Source: Balanoglossus misakiensis
Taxonomy: Eukaryota; Animalia; Hemichordata
NCBI GenBank assembly: GCA_040954595.2
Contig: CM082581.2
Span: 5,820,699 to 5,884,698 of the forward strand
Length of the DNA: 64,000 nucleotides
Direction of reading: 5' to 3'
Under the pieces are notes generated by a model. The model saw only the letters and a list, made by a program, of their open reading frames with translations, had not been told where the DNA came from and ran no database searches. Shown one piece after another: positions 1 to 11,700 of this stretch (positions within the stretch are counted from its first letter, which is position 1; the number at the start of each line of letters is the position of its first letter). Made by a program: the position numbers and the translations under genes.

Positions 1-173
1 CGCTTATTTTACTATAATGAGGTTGCGCATTTGCATGTTCTTTGACTCCTGTCCATGTTTTATGCTGTTTGCTGAGATTAGTCATTATGGATTTTTGCAT
101 AAACTGAAGAGTTGCCATTTACACAGCAAAACTGCCCCTTGTATGAGTAAATTGACTTTTCGCTTTTTTCAGG

Positions 174-360
174 ATGACTAACATCACTGTTGTGCTGCTG
201 CTGTTCGTGTTTGTTAGAACCTCCACCACGCAAGACACCCGGGCCGGTGCAGACCAGTGCCTCAGTATTTGTCCGGAGTCATGGCCGGATACAAGGCGAC
301 CAGTTGGACCACCAGGCCCCCCAGGGACACCCGGCATTTCCGGTCCAGTTGGAAGACAGG
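174..360 (+). CDS. Collagen-C1q domain protein copy 1, coding exon 1 (signal peptide, CLSIC cysteine pair, start of Gly-X-Y); spliced product about 279 aa
   Basis: ATG follows acceptor ttttttcag|G. Hydrophobic N-terminus MTNITVVLLLFVFVRTSTTQ, then GPPGPPGTPGISGPVGRQ. Donor G|gtaaga at 361, phase 1. Confidence 0.9.
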
Positions 361-665
361 GTAAGACTGATCCCCGAAAAAATGAGTTTCATGTTACAGT
401 GAGTTCAGGAAAAAAACATTTGGTGCCGAAAACAGCCATGAACTGCTTTCTTATTAGAATTGGGTGTGTTCCTAAATTTACCATTTTTTTTTTCAAAACA
501 CCTTTATTTAGTCAAATGGGTGTCCACACGTAAAAATTCGCCATGGTCATTCGATGGCTTGGACACACTTTGACCATATATAGGCATATATGTTGTACTT
601 CCCTTAAAACGTGTACCAATGGGAGTTGGTGGTATAATTGTTGAAGCCTCTCTCCCACTTTGTAG

Positions 666-755
666 GTCAGCCTGGTGTGATTGGTCCCGTTGGTACTCAA
701 GGGGTCAAAGGTGAACCTGGTGAGAAAGGCGATGTTGCTGTCAATGGAGATAAAG
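666..755 (+). CDS. Collagen-C1q copy 1, exon 2 (90 bp, collagen with Gly->Ala interruption)
   Basis: ttgtag|GT CAG CCT GGT ... GAT AAA G|gtatt. Encodes [30 protein letters not shown], phase 1-1. Confidence 0.88.
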
Positions 756-1040
756 GTATTGTCTTTAACACTTTTGTATTAAGCAGCCGTTAATTGCAAT
801 ACGACCAAATTCTGCTGTTGGATAAGATTACAATTTTAGTCTGAAAAGCATGGTGAGAAATAGGCTGACATCTTTATATATCCTTTTTGTGTAATGGAAT
901 ATATATTTTTCATTTATTATTAATTATTATGCACTACATGCATTTAGTTAGTTACTGCTTGTTTTTAATACACCATTTTATCAGAATCCAGGATTCAAAA
1001 AGTTTGATGAAGTGTTCTCCCGTCTCTTCACAATGTTTAG

Positions 1041-1603
1041 GTGAATCTGGGGTTAGAGGTCAAACTGGGCATCCTGGGAAAATTGGTCCACAAGGTCCAA
1101 AGGGTGAGAGCGGTGAAAATGGAACTGATGGTGCTTCAGGTGGACCTGGAGTACCAGGGGTCAAGGGTCAGAAAGGTGAAACTGGCGAAGTGCAACAAGC
1201 AAAGGTGGCATTCACTGTGGGAAGGCATGATGGTTTAGAAGGGACCAGTTCTGAGCAAACTGTCACGTATCGTAATGCCATATTAAACGCAGGTGCAAAT
1301 ATCAATCTCGACACAGGTGTGTTTATCTGTGAGGTTCCTGGCATCTATTACTTCTCTTTCACATTCCGTTCATATTCCGGTACAGCAATTGATGTACACC
1401 TTAAACAGAATGGTTTCGGCATGTTTAAAATTTATTCCGGTAGCGATTCAGACTTCACTTTGCAATCTCAGAGTGGTATGTTACACCTGAACCGAGGTGA
1501 TGAAGTCAAACTAGTGCTACCTGGTAGTACCAATTACAGATTTTTCTATTGTGGTGGTATTCCTTGTAACATCTTCAGTGGGTTCCTAATCTACGCCGAC
1601 TAA
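1041..1603 (+). CDS. Collagen-C1q copy 1, exon 3 (collagen + gC1q domain)
   Basis: tttag|GT GAA TCT. Gly-X-Y run followed by gC1q motifs [34 protein letters not shown] and FSGFLIY. TAA at 1601-1603. Confidence 0.93.
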
Positions 1604-1805
1604 ACACCACAGTAAATTCATGTTATCCGCATATTAGAAAGTTGGGATCGTGTCCAGGTTGGTTATAATAATCGGTAAATTATAATTAAGAAAAAATAAT
1701 TAAGTAGTGATTTGTGTGAAAAGAGATGGCGAACACCCTATTTTTATAGGTTTTCGAATAGACTTCGTACGTTGTTTTACTATAGCACACAAGTGAAAGG
1801 TTTGA

Positions 1806-2372
1806 GGTAGATGACTGCTCGAAAGTTAGAACTCATTACCTGATGACATTCGTCTAGCTACCAGTCTAGACTCTTTTAAGGGGAAACTGAAGACTTACTT
1901 GTTTAAAACAGCCTACAGTGTGTGAACAACCATCGGGCGCCACTGAACAGTTCTCTGGATATTGGCGCCATATAAATGTTTTTGATTGATTGATTGAATA
2001 TTGTCATTTTCCTGAAGTGACGTATATTGCTTACCAATGAATGATAAAAATAAATAAAGAAAGAAAACAGGGTGTTCCCGTGCTACTTTTTCAGTTAGAG
2101 GTTCTCAAATATTGCGTTAAATGCTGTGTCAGCACTTTTCTCGCACTCCTGATGCTATGGTTTACCTATGGTGAAAATATCTGAAGAGCCTCATCACAAA
2201 GTCAAGCGCAGTGACATAGTGTTTTCTTTATATAATTTAAAAGTACTCCTCTTTTGGAACCTTTTGTGAAAGTTTAAAAAAATGGAAATATTGTAACACT
2301 GTTTTCTCAACATTCTACATGTAAGGCTGTGGAATGTGATAACCATGCACTGCATCTGGGTAGTCATCTACC
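1806..2372. mobile_element. TTAA-flanked MITE (Kolobok-like) downstream of copy 1, containing a LINE fragment
   Basis: Ends GGTAGATGACT...AGTCATCTACC with ttga/ttaa flanks. Shorter homologues at 19058-19314 and 31629-31884. Confidence 0.6.
1830..1996 (+). mobile_element. 5'-truncated L2/CR1-clade LINE 3' end
   Basis: Reads NSLPDDIRLATSLDSFKGKLKTYLFKTAYSV*, typical of the CR1/L2 ORF2 C-terminus, followed by a short UTR and a (GATT)n tail. Absent from the homologous site near 19080 (gttagaatattgtc). Confidence 0.75.
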
Positions 2373-2842
2373 TTAATTGACTGTCATTTGTTTTCTTCTG
2401 AAACTCTGTCTCCGAGGCACGTACCACCTTAACAAGTGCATGATCTTTCTTTCTGAATATTGCTTCAGCTGTTACAGTTCTGATGCAAAGATTGATGTGG
2501 TCTACTACCGAAAACGAGGCAGTCTTAAGACTATTGCATCGGAAAGGTTATTGTGTTTCAGTTTACCAATGGATGTAGCTTGTATTAATCTGTAAGTTGC
2601 TAATCATGCAAATAAAAACACGGAATGAAATTTCAACCGACTTGGCGTTTACTTCACTAGTGTCATGGAGACATCAACCATGTCTCCACTTGCAAATTTT
2701 TATGATCTAAAAATATTGTACCAGTTCGAACTCGTATCAAATCAAGTCAATATTAATTCCGAAAGATATATCCTCAATGTTGAGGATAAGGTGTGATTTG
2801 TACTGTTATTTCTATGCTTCAACAGTATTCAAATGATAATTA

Positions 2843-5800
2843 AAGCTGCAAGCAGCGTTGGCGGGGCACAAGCGGTTCCCATGGTAACCAGCGAATCCCA
2901 AAGCTGTATCTGCTGTGGATACCAAGATATGGGAAAGAAGGTCAAAGGTCACCTGAGCACACCCAAATTTGGGCAAAACATTTTGACACCATACTTGTCC
3001 ATGACCAACAAAAACCAAACCTCTAGCCCTATTGGTTAGCCTGGAATTAGATATGTGCATAATAAATGAGGTAACATATAAGACTCCAAAAGGTGTTCAA
3101 TCCCTCCAAATGCCAAGGCTCTATCCTGTCTGGATGCCGAGATATAGGAAAGAAGGTCAAAGGTCACCTGAGGTCACCCAAATTTGAGCAAAACATTTTG
3201 ACACCATACTTGACCAACCATGACCAACAAAAACCAAACCTCTAGCCCTGTTGGTTAGCTTGGAATTAGATATGCGCATAATTAATGAGGTATTGTGTAA
3301 GACTCTATTATGTGGCTGTAACTGTTCTGGATGCTGAGATATGGGGAAAGTAGGTCAAAGGTCACTCAAAATTTGGGCATAAAATTTTGACCCCATAGTG
3401 GGCCATGTCCAACAAAAACCAGACCTGTAGCCCTATTGGTTAGCCTGGAATTAGATATGCAGAAAAATGATGTATCAGTAATAGGTCAAAGGTCATTGCC
3501 AAAATATTTGTGTCAGGTCCTGGCAGCATAATTAATTGGTACCCATGTCCACAAAATTCATGACTGTGGTGCTTTTACAAGAGGAGGTATGGGGAATATG
3601 CATATATAATTAGTTGGTTTAAAACTGGGTCAAAGGTCATGTGAAATTTGCCCCCCAAAATTGTGACAAGTTCCGGTCATATGATGACTCCACTAAAATA
3701 ATTTCCGTGCTGTCAACATTTTGGCTACAAAACGGAATTTTCACTTTTCAAACCTTTCACTTGTGTGCTATAGTGGCCGCCATAATGATCAACTAATCAC
3801 AATGCGCTTCGCAAACTTGATAGACATGTGTTAGGTGACCACATACCTCAAATCCCGAGACTCAGCAGTTGCCGGTTCTGGAGAAGTAGATTTTTAAAGT
3901 TTTCATGAGTTTTTTTCGAAAATTCAATATGGCGGCCAAAGTCACGTGACCCGCTCGAGATTTTATTGTCAAACTTTGAAGGGCAGAGGACATGTATACT
4001 ACACACCAAATTTGAACTTGATTGGCCCTGTAGTTTTTGAGAAGAAGTCGTTTAAAGGTTTTCAGGAAATCCAATATGGCCGCCAGGTCACGTGACTAAT
4101 TAAACGAGCCGCTGCATGTCTACTCATTGGCCCCTATCACCCTACCAAGTTTTAGCCCCTTAGGTGCTGCGGTTTTCCAGATCTGCCTGATTCCAGGTGA
4201 TCATAGCTTAACTATGGAAAGTATAGACCTATAGCTTGGTCCAAAGGCCATAAAAATATGGGAAAAATATTAGAAAAATCTTCTTCTCAAAATCGACATG
4301 GTCTAGGACCTTCACATTTGGCATAAAGTATCTTGGCCATATGGTGTACAAAGTTTGCGAAAATAATTCAAGTGCTGCCATTCATATTCAAATAAGGGTC
4401 ATTTAAACCCTGCACGTCTACTCATTGGCCCCTATCACCCTACCAAGTTTCAGCCCCCTAGGTGCTGTGGTTTTCCAGATCTACCTGGCCCGAATTTCTC
4501 GGGAGAATAATAATAAAGAAATATAGCTGTGAACAGCAATAAGTGGGTTTCGAGACACTGCTAGTCCTATTGGTTCGCCTGGAGATAGATATGTGCATAT
4601 TTAATCAGTCAAGGTGTAGGATGTGGGAAAGTAGGTCATACGGCATGTGAGGTCACCCTAAATATGAGCAGAAAATTTTGACACTATACTGGTCCATGTC
4701 CAACAAAAACCACACATCTAGCCCTATTGGTTCGCCTGTAATTAGTTATGCACATAGTTAAATAGGTGTCACAGGTGACCCCAATATATTGCTTTTCATT
4801 ATGGTCCAAACCCTCCAAACGCTAACGCTCTACCTGCTCTGGATGCCGAGATATGCGAAAGTAGGTCAAAGGTCACCAAAGGTCACCCTAAATTTGGGCA
4901 AAAAGTTTTGACCCCCATACTAGTCCAGGTCCAACAGAAACAAGACCTCTAGCCCTATTGGTTTGTCTGAAATTAGATATGCGCATAATAAATTATGTAA
5001 AGTGTAAGACTCCATTAATAGTTCGATCCATCCAAACACAAATGCTGTACCTGTTCTGGATGCCGAGATATAGGAAAGTAGGTCAAAGGTCACCTGAGGC
5101 CACCCGAAAGTTGGGCAAACATTTTTGACCCCATACTAGTCCAGGTCCAACAAAAACCAGACCTCTAGCCCTATTGGTTCGCCTAGAATTAGATATGCAA
5201 ATAATTAATGAGGTAAAGTATAAGGCTCCATTAGGAGTTCCATGCCTCCAAATGCCAAGGCAGTATCTGCGCTGGTTGCCGAGATATGGTAAAGTAGGTC
5301 AAAGGTCACCTGAGGTCACCCAAAATTGGGCAAGACATTTTAATCCAATACTGGTCCATGTTCAACAAAAATCAAACCTCTAGCCCTATTGGCTAGCCTG
5401 GAATTAGGTAAGCACATAATTAATGAGATAAGCAGGTGTCACAGGTGACCCCCAATTTTGTCTTTTCAATTTTAGTCACAACCCTCCAAACGCCAAGTCT
5501 GTACCTGCTGAGGACGCCGAGTTATAGGAAAGTAGGTCAAAGGTCACCTGAGGTCACCCAAAATTTGGGAAAAAATTTTTGATCCCATACTGGTCCATGT
5601 CCCACAAGAACAAAACCTCTAGCCCTATTAGTTAGCCTGGAATTAGGTATGCACATAATTAATGAGTTAAGCAGGTGTTACAGGTGAGGCCAAAATTTTG
5701 CCTTTTATTGTGGTCCCATTCTGCTCACGGGCCAATAGAGAGTCACTGTACAGGACCATTGCACAGTCGACGTGGACATAGCGTCAAAGCTTAACTTTAG

Positions 5801-6425
5801 AAAGTATAGGCCCATGGCTGGGTCCAAAAATATGAAAAATAAAAACGTCTTCTTCTCAAAATAGACTTGGCCCACGGCCTTGACATTTGGCATGTAGGAC
5901 ACTGACCACATGGTCTGCAAAAATCGCTAAAAGAATTTTGATATCTCCATTCAAATTAGGCCCATTTGAAAACTTTGCCCATATATGGTCATCAGGTCAC
6001 ATGACTTATTAAACATTCACAAAGGTACTGCACCAGCTCCCATAGGCTTGCACCACTGAGATCTACCTGAGCAAAAAAACTACGCAAGAAAAAAAAAAAG
6101 ATGAAAAACCCCAGTAATACCAATAGGGCACAAGCCTGCTTGGCTTGTGCCCTAAAAACCCCAGTAATACCAATAGGGCACAAACCAGCTTGGCTTGTGC
6201 CCTAAAAAACTCCAGTAAAACCAATAGGGCACAAGCGCCTGAGGGCGCTTGTGCCCTAAAAAGAAGTAGAAGAAAAACCAGGATAATAATAGGGCACAAG
6301 CCTGTGGGGCTTGTGCCCTAAAAACAACACGATTTCAAGAGGGTTTTGAGACCCCTCTGGTCTCGAAACCCTAAAAATTCCAACAATACCAATAGGGGCA
6401 CAAGCCCGATAGGCTTGTGCCCCTA
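2843..6425 (-). mobile_element. Nest A of non-autonomous Helentron-like elements with internal ~200-240 bp satellite repeats
   Basis: Insertion relative to the empty site gataattactgattgggg at ~20130 and ~32351. 3' end has stem-loop GCTGC-AA-GCAGC (2845-2856) and subTIR GGGGCACAAGC (2863-2873) matching hairpin head 6393-6425. A second 3' end at ~4520-4556 (GGGTTTCGAGAC) matches head 6340-6373. Confidence 0.75.
6124..6425 (-). repeat. Stack of six ~31-34 bp hairpins (5' heads of nested elements) at ~50-60 bp spacing
   Basis: TAGGGCACAAGC-loop-GCTTGTGCCCTA at 6124, 6174, 6225, 6290 and 6393, plus a variant hairpin AGGGTTTTGAGACC...GGTCTCGAAACCCT at 6340. Confidence 0.9.
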
Positions 6426-6602
6426 ATTACTGATTGGGGCCCTATTCCAATTTAGGGCAACTGTCTGCCCTTGTGTTTCGTGCGAATAGCGCCACCCTCG
6501 ACGAATTTGTCTGTTCCCGCGTAAGTGAAATTGCAAATCGTTATCTGAAAAAGCGCCACCATTATGACACTGTCACCAAAGTACATGCAGTCTGGTCGCA
6601 GG

Positions 6603-6982
6603 TAGTCTAGAATCTATCCGTTCGTAGTCGCATTCACCCTACTACCGTCTAGGAACGCAGAACCAAAATCTAGTAAGGCCATAAAAATGGTAATTTGAAT
6701 GTGAATAGTCTCCAACTGAGCAGTCTGAAGTCAGAGAAGTCAATCACTTACGTTGACCGACTGGCAATGAGGTGATGACGTTGAATGTTAATTATGTTTA
6801 CAATGTAGCTCCGCCCCGAATGATACATAATCATGATCATGTGGTGACGCTTGACGTCAGATTGCTCAGTTGGAGACTATTCACATTCAAATTACCATTT
6901 TTATGGCCTTACTAGATTTTGGTTCTGCGTTCCTAGACGGTAGTAGGGTGAATGCGACTACGAACGGATAGATTCTAGACTA
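6603..6982. mobile_element. MITE with ~120-130 bp TIRs, TAG..CTA termini and 9-bp TSD (AcademH-like; MULE not excluded)
   Basis: TAGTCTAGAATCTATCCG... and ...CGGATAGATTCTAGACTA. TSD GGTCGCAGG at 6594-6602 and 6983-6991. Confidence 0.85.
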
Positions 6983-7773
6983 GGTCGCAGGGAGGGTAAT
7001 TAAGGCGGCGAGATCAAAGAGATCTATTTGAATGTGAACGTCACTGAGTGGCAGTTACCGCCGGTTCGAAAAATTTTCAAACGGAGATTTTCGGTACTAC
7101 AAGTGATCGTAGTGCATCCATTTTTCCAAGACGTGTATGAAACACCATAGTCAATGATAGGATGATTTTTCGTGAAGTTTTAACGACGCGTTCCCGAGAA
7201 AGACAGTTTCGGCATGTTGGTTGAAATTGTGGTCCCTGACTCTCGGAAAAGATTTCTTGTCTTGAAAAAAATTGGGTAGGTTAGGAAGATATTGAACTAA
7301 GTTACCGTAAAATTATAATGTTGTGAGCCGCTCCGTTGTGCAGTAATGGCGGTGTAAAAATTGCCTTCGCCATCGACGAGTACAGCCGTGTTATACCATA
7401 TGTGTATGCATTGAATTAGGTCAACGCATGTTGACCCATGACGTAATGGCTTCCTTTTCAACACTAAGTTAACTCTCATTAGCATATTACATACGGAGTC
7501 TATTCACTATCCAAGCTGACTAACTACTACAGGACTGACTATGGCACTGTAAATTGTGGTCCTTGACCCTCGGCATGGATATATTCAAAATTATGAATAG
7601 AGGAGTTTAATAATGTTTCTAAAACCTGAGGGGGTTAATTTTTGTGTGGGTATTGCTGATATTTTTTTTTTGATTTTTTAACTTCAAGGTCACTTTGAAT
7701 TTCGTGATCACAATTTTGTCAGTGGAAGTAAAGAAATTCTTCTTGATAAAACTTCATGAAAAATCACATGTAG

Positions 7774-8692
7774 TACACTCATAGTACCAGTAATGTGCCT
7801 GGGGTGAAATAATTGTCAGAAATGGGTTGCAAGTTGCCAAACTTCCGTTCTGAAAAAAGTTGAAAAACTGTATGCAAATGAGGAATTCAAACGTTACTGG
7901 CCAATTCAAGTGTTTGCATTGCATAATCCCCTGCTGTGTAATTACCCCAGTTGCGACCTGACTGTCGCCTCACACTGTATAAAAAAAACACGTCGCCGTT
8001 CCCTACATCTGATTTTAATCAAATTGTCTCGGCCCATGCACGATCTCAAACACATTGTACCAGTTTGATCTCATGTCAAGCTGTGTGGACACTAGAGAAT
8101 AATTATGGAACTGCAATGACAACGGTACAACCACGAATAAAGGCGGGTTCTGCATGAAAGGAAACGAAAGGTTGGGGAACTGGGCATCTGTTTACTGAAC
8201 CCAATACTTATTTTGTAAAAAAGATCAATGTGAAAATGGCGATTGGCGTGTGCTTTCACAGCATGCAGTGGTTTTACCGAGAGTTTCACATGTAAACTGA
8301 AACGTACCCAGATGAAATACACGGCTGGGGGTGGGGGGTGGGCAAACGTTTGGCTCGTGGTGATCTAAATTATTGCAAATGTGACAACATAAATATTTCA
8401 AGCTGTTACATTTCTGTTCAGTATGTTTACACTCTTTGTCAGAATACCAGCTGGTTACAATAAACGCGTCTTCAGTGAAATCAGAAAACAACTGGTTGAA
8501 CTTTCGGACCTCTTGAACTTGTCCAATGTGTTTCTTATTAGGGCCCAAGCCCAGCAGGCTTGGGCCCTATTGGTTTTACTGGGGTTTTTTAGGGCACAAG
8601 CCAAGCAGGCTTGTGCCCTATTGGTATTACTGGGGTTTTTAGGGTACAAGCCAAGCAGGCTTGTGCCCTATTGGTATTACTGGGGTTTTTCA

Positions 8693-8723
<31 letters not shown>

Positions 8724-11700
8724 CTTGTGTAGTTTTTTTGGCACAGGTAGATCTTGAAAACGGCTGAACCTACAAATCTCAAATTTGGCACAGTGGTGCA
8801 GGCCTATGGGAGCTGGTGCAGTACATTTGTGAATTTTTAATAAGTCATGTGACCTGATGACCATATATGGGGAAAGTTTTCAAATGGGCCTAATTTGCAT
8901 ATGAATGGAGATATCAAAATTCTTTTAGCAATTTTTGCGGACCATGTGGTCAGTGTCCTACATGCCAAATGTCAAGGCCTCGGGCCAAGTCTATTTTGAG
9001 AAGAAGACGTTTTTATTTTTCATATTTTTGGACCCAGCCATAGGCCTTTACTTTCTATTGTTAAGCTTTGACGCTATGTCCACGTCGACTGTGCAATGGT
9101 CCTGTACAGTGACTCTCTATTGGCCCGTGAGCAGAATGGGACCACAATAAAAGGCAAAATTTTGGGCTCACCTGTAACACCTGCTTAACTCATTAATTAT
9201 GTGCATACCTAATTCCAGGCTAACCAATATGGCTAGAGGTTTTGTTCTTGTGGGACATGGACCAGTATGGGATCAAAAAAATTTGCCCAAATTTTGGGTG
9301 ACCTCAGGTGACCTTTGACCTACTTTCCTATATCTCGGCATCCACAGCAGGTACAGACTTGGCGTTTGGAGGGTTGTGACAAAAATTGAAAAGCCAAAAT
9401 TGGGGGTCACCTGTGACACCTGCTGATCTCATTAATTATGTGCATACCTAATTCCAGGCTAGCCAATAGGGCCAGAGGTTTGATTTTTGTTGAACATGGA
9501 CCAGTATGGGTTTAAAATTTCTTGCCCAATTTTGGGTGACCTCCGGTGACCTTTGACCTACTTTACCATATCTCGGCAACCAGCGCAGATACAGCCTTGG
9601 CATTTGGAGGCATGGAACTCCTAATGGAGCCTTATACTTTACCTCATTAATTATGTGCATATCTAATTCTAGGCGAACCAATAGGGCTAGAGGTCTGGTT
9701 TTTCTTGGACCTGGACTAGTATGGGGTCATTTTTTTTGCCCAACTTTTGGGTGGCCTCAGGTGACCTTTGACCTACTTTCCTATATCTCGACATCCAGAA
9801 CAGGTACAGCATTTGTGTTTGGATGGATCGAACTATTAATGCAGTCTTACACTTTACATCATTAATTATGTGCATATCTAATTTCAGACAAAGCAATAGG
9901 GCTAGAGGTCTGGTTTCTGTTGGACCTGGACTAGTATGGGGGTCAAAACTTTTTGCCCAAATTTTTGGTGACCACATATGACCTTTGACCTTCGGCTTAA
10001 GCTTGTGCCCGTCATCGCTGCTTGCAGCTATATTTCATCTTTTTTTTTTTCTTGTGTAGTTTTTTTGCTCAGGTAGATCTTGAAAACGGCTGAACCTACA
10101 AATCTCAAACTTGGCACAATGGTGCAGGTCTATGAGAGCTCGTGCAGTACCCTCGTGAATGTGTAATTAGTCACATGACCTGATGACCATATATGGGCAA
10201 AGTTTTCAAATGGGCCTAATTTGCATATGAATGACGATATCAAAATTCTGTGCAATCATTTTGCGGACCATATGGTCAGTGTCCTACATGCTAAATTTCA
10301 AGGCTCTGGGCCAAGTCAATTTTGAGAAGAAGATTTTTAAATATTATATTTCATATTTTTTGGACCCAGCCATAGGCCTATACTTTCTATAGTTAAGCTA
10401 TGATGCTATGTCCACATCTGTGCAATGGTCCTGTACTGTGACTCTCTATTGGCCCGTGAGCAAAATGGGACCAAAATAAAAGGCAAAATTTTGGGCTCAC
10501 CTGTAACACCTGCTTAACTCATTAATTATGTGCATACCTAATTCTGGGCTAACTAATAGGGCTAGAGGTTTTGTGCTTGTGGGACATGGACCAGTATAGG
10601 GTAAAAAAAAATTGCCCAAATTTTGGGTGACCTCAGGTGACCTTTGACCTACTTTCCTATATCTCGGCATCCAGAGCAGGTACAGACTTGGCGTTTGGAG
10701 AGTTGGGACTAAAATTTAAAAGCCAAAATTGAGGGTCACCTGTGACATCTGCTTATCTCATTAATTATGTGCATACCTAATTCCAGGCCAACCAATAGGA
10801 CTAGAGGTTCGATTTTTGCTGAACATGAACCAGTATGGGGTCAACATTTCTTGCCCAAATTTTGGGTGACCTCAGGTGACCTTTGACCTACTTTCCTATA
10901 TCTCGGCATCCAGAGCAGGTACAGACTTGGCGTTTGGAGGGTTGGGACTAAAATTTAAAAGCCAAAATTGAGGGTCACCTGTGACATCTGCTTATCTCAT
11001 TAATTATGTGCATACCTAATTCCAGGCCAACCAATAGGACTAGAGGTTTGATTTTTGCTGAACATGAACCAGTATGGGGTCAAAATTTCTTGCCCAAATT
11101 TTGGGTGACCTCAGGTGACCTTTGACCTACTTTACCATATCTCGGCATGCACAGCAGCTACAGCCTTGGCATTTGGAGGGATGGAACTCCTGATGGAGCC
11201 TTACACTTTACCTCATTAATTATGCACATACATAATTGTAGGTGAACCAATAGGGCTAGAGGTTTTGCTCTTGTGGGACATGGATCAGTATGGGGTCAAA
11301 AATTTTGCCCAAATTTTGGGTGACCTCAGGCGACCTTTGACCTACTTTGCTATATCTTGACATCCAGAACAGGTACAGCATTTGTGTTTGGATGGATCGA
11401 ACTATTAATGGAGTCTTACACTTTACATCATTAATTATGTGCATATCTAATTTCAGACAAACCAATAGGGCTAGAGGTCAGGTTTCTGTTGGACCTGGAC
11501 TAGTATGGGGGTCAAAACTTTTTGCCCAAATTTTGGGTGACCACATATGACCTTTGACCTTCGGCTTAAGCTTGTGCCCGTCATCGCTGCTTGCAGCTAT
11601 ATTCTTCTACTTCTTTTTCTTGTGTAGTTTTTTTCGTCAAGTACATCTTGAAAACAGCTGAACCTACAAATCTCAAACTTGGCACAATGGTGCAGGCCAA

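Noticed and set aside
887-1040. N-terminal part of the 238-aa ORF 887-1603
   Set aside because: Intron read-through: it starts at a non-ATG codon, the paralogs are frameshifted here, and there is a canonical acceptor at 1040.
5992-6299. Hydrophobic repeat ORFs (ACALLVLLGF), also at 8423-8864
   Set aside because: Translation of stacked hairpin heads and poly-T tracts; no coding signature.
6124-6425. CRISPR-like array of palindromic repeats with short spacers (also 8539-8670)
   Set aside because: Eukaryotic intron-containing context, no cas genes, spacers resemble each other, and heads pair with matching element tails. Nested transposon ends explain it better.
8150-8305. IRF/ISRE-like GAAA repeats in the duplicated upstream block
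   Set aside because: Short motifs expected by chance in AT-rich DNA, with non-canonical spacing.
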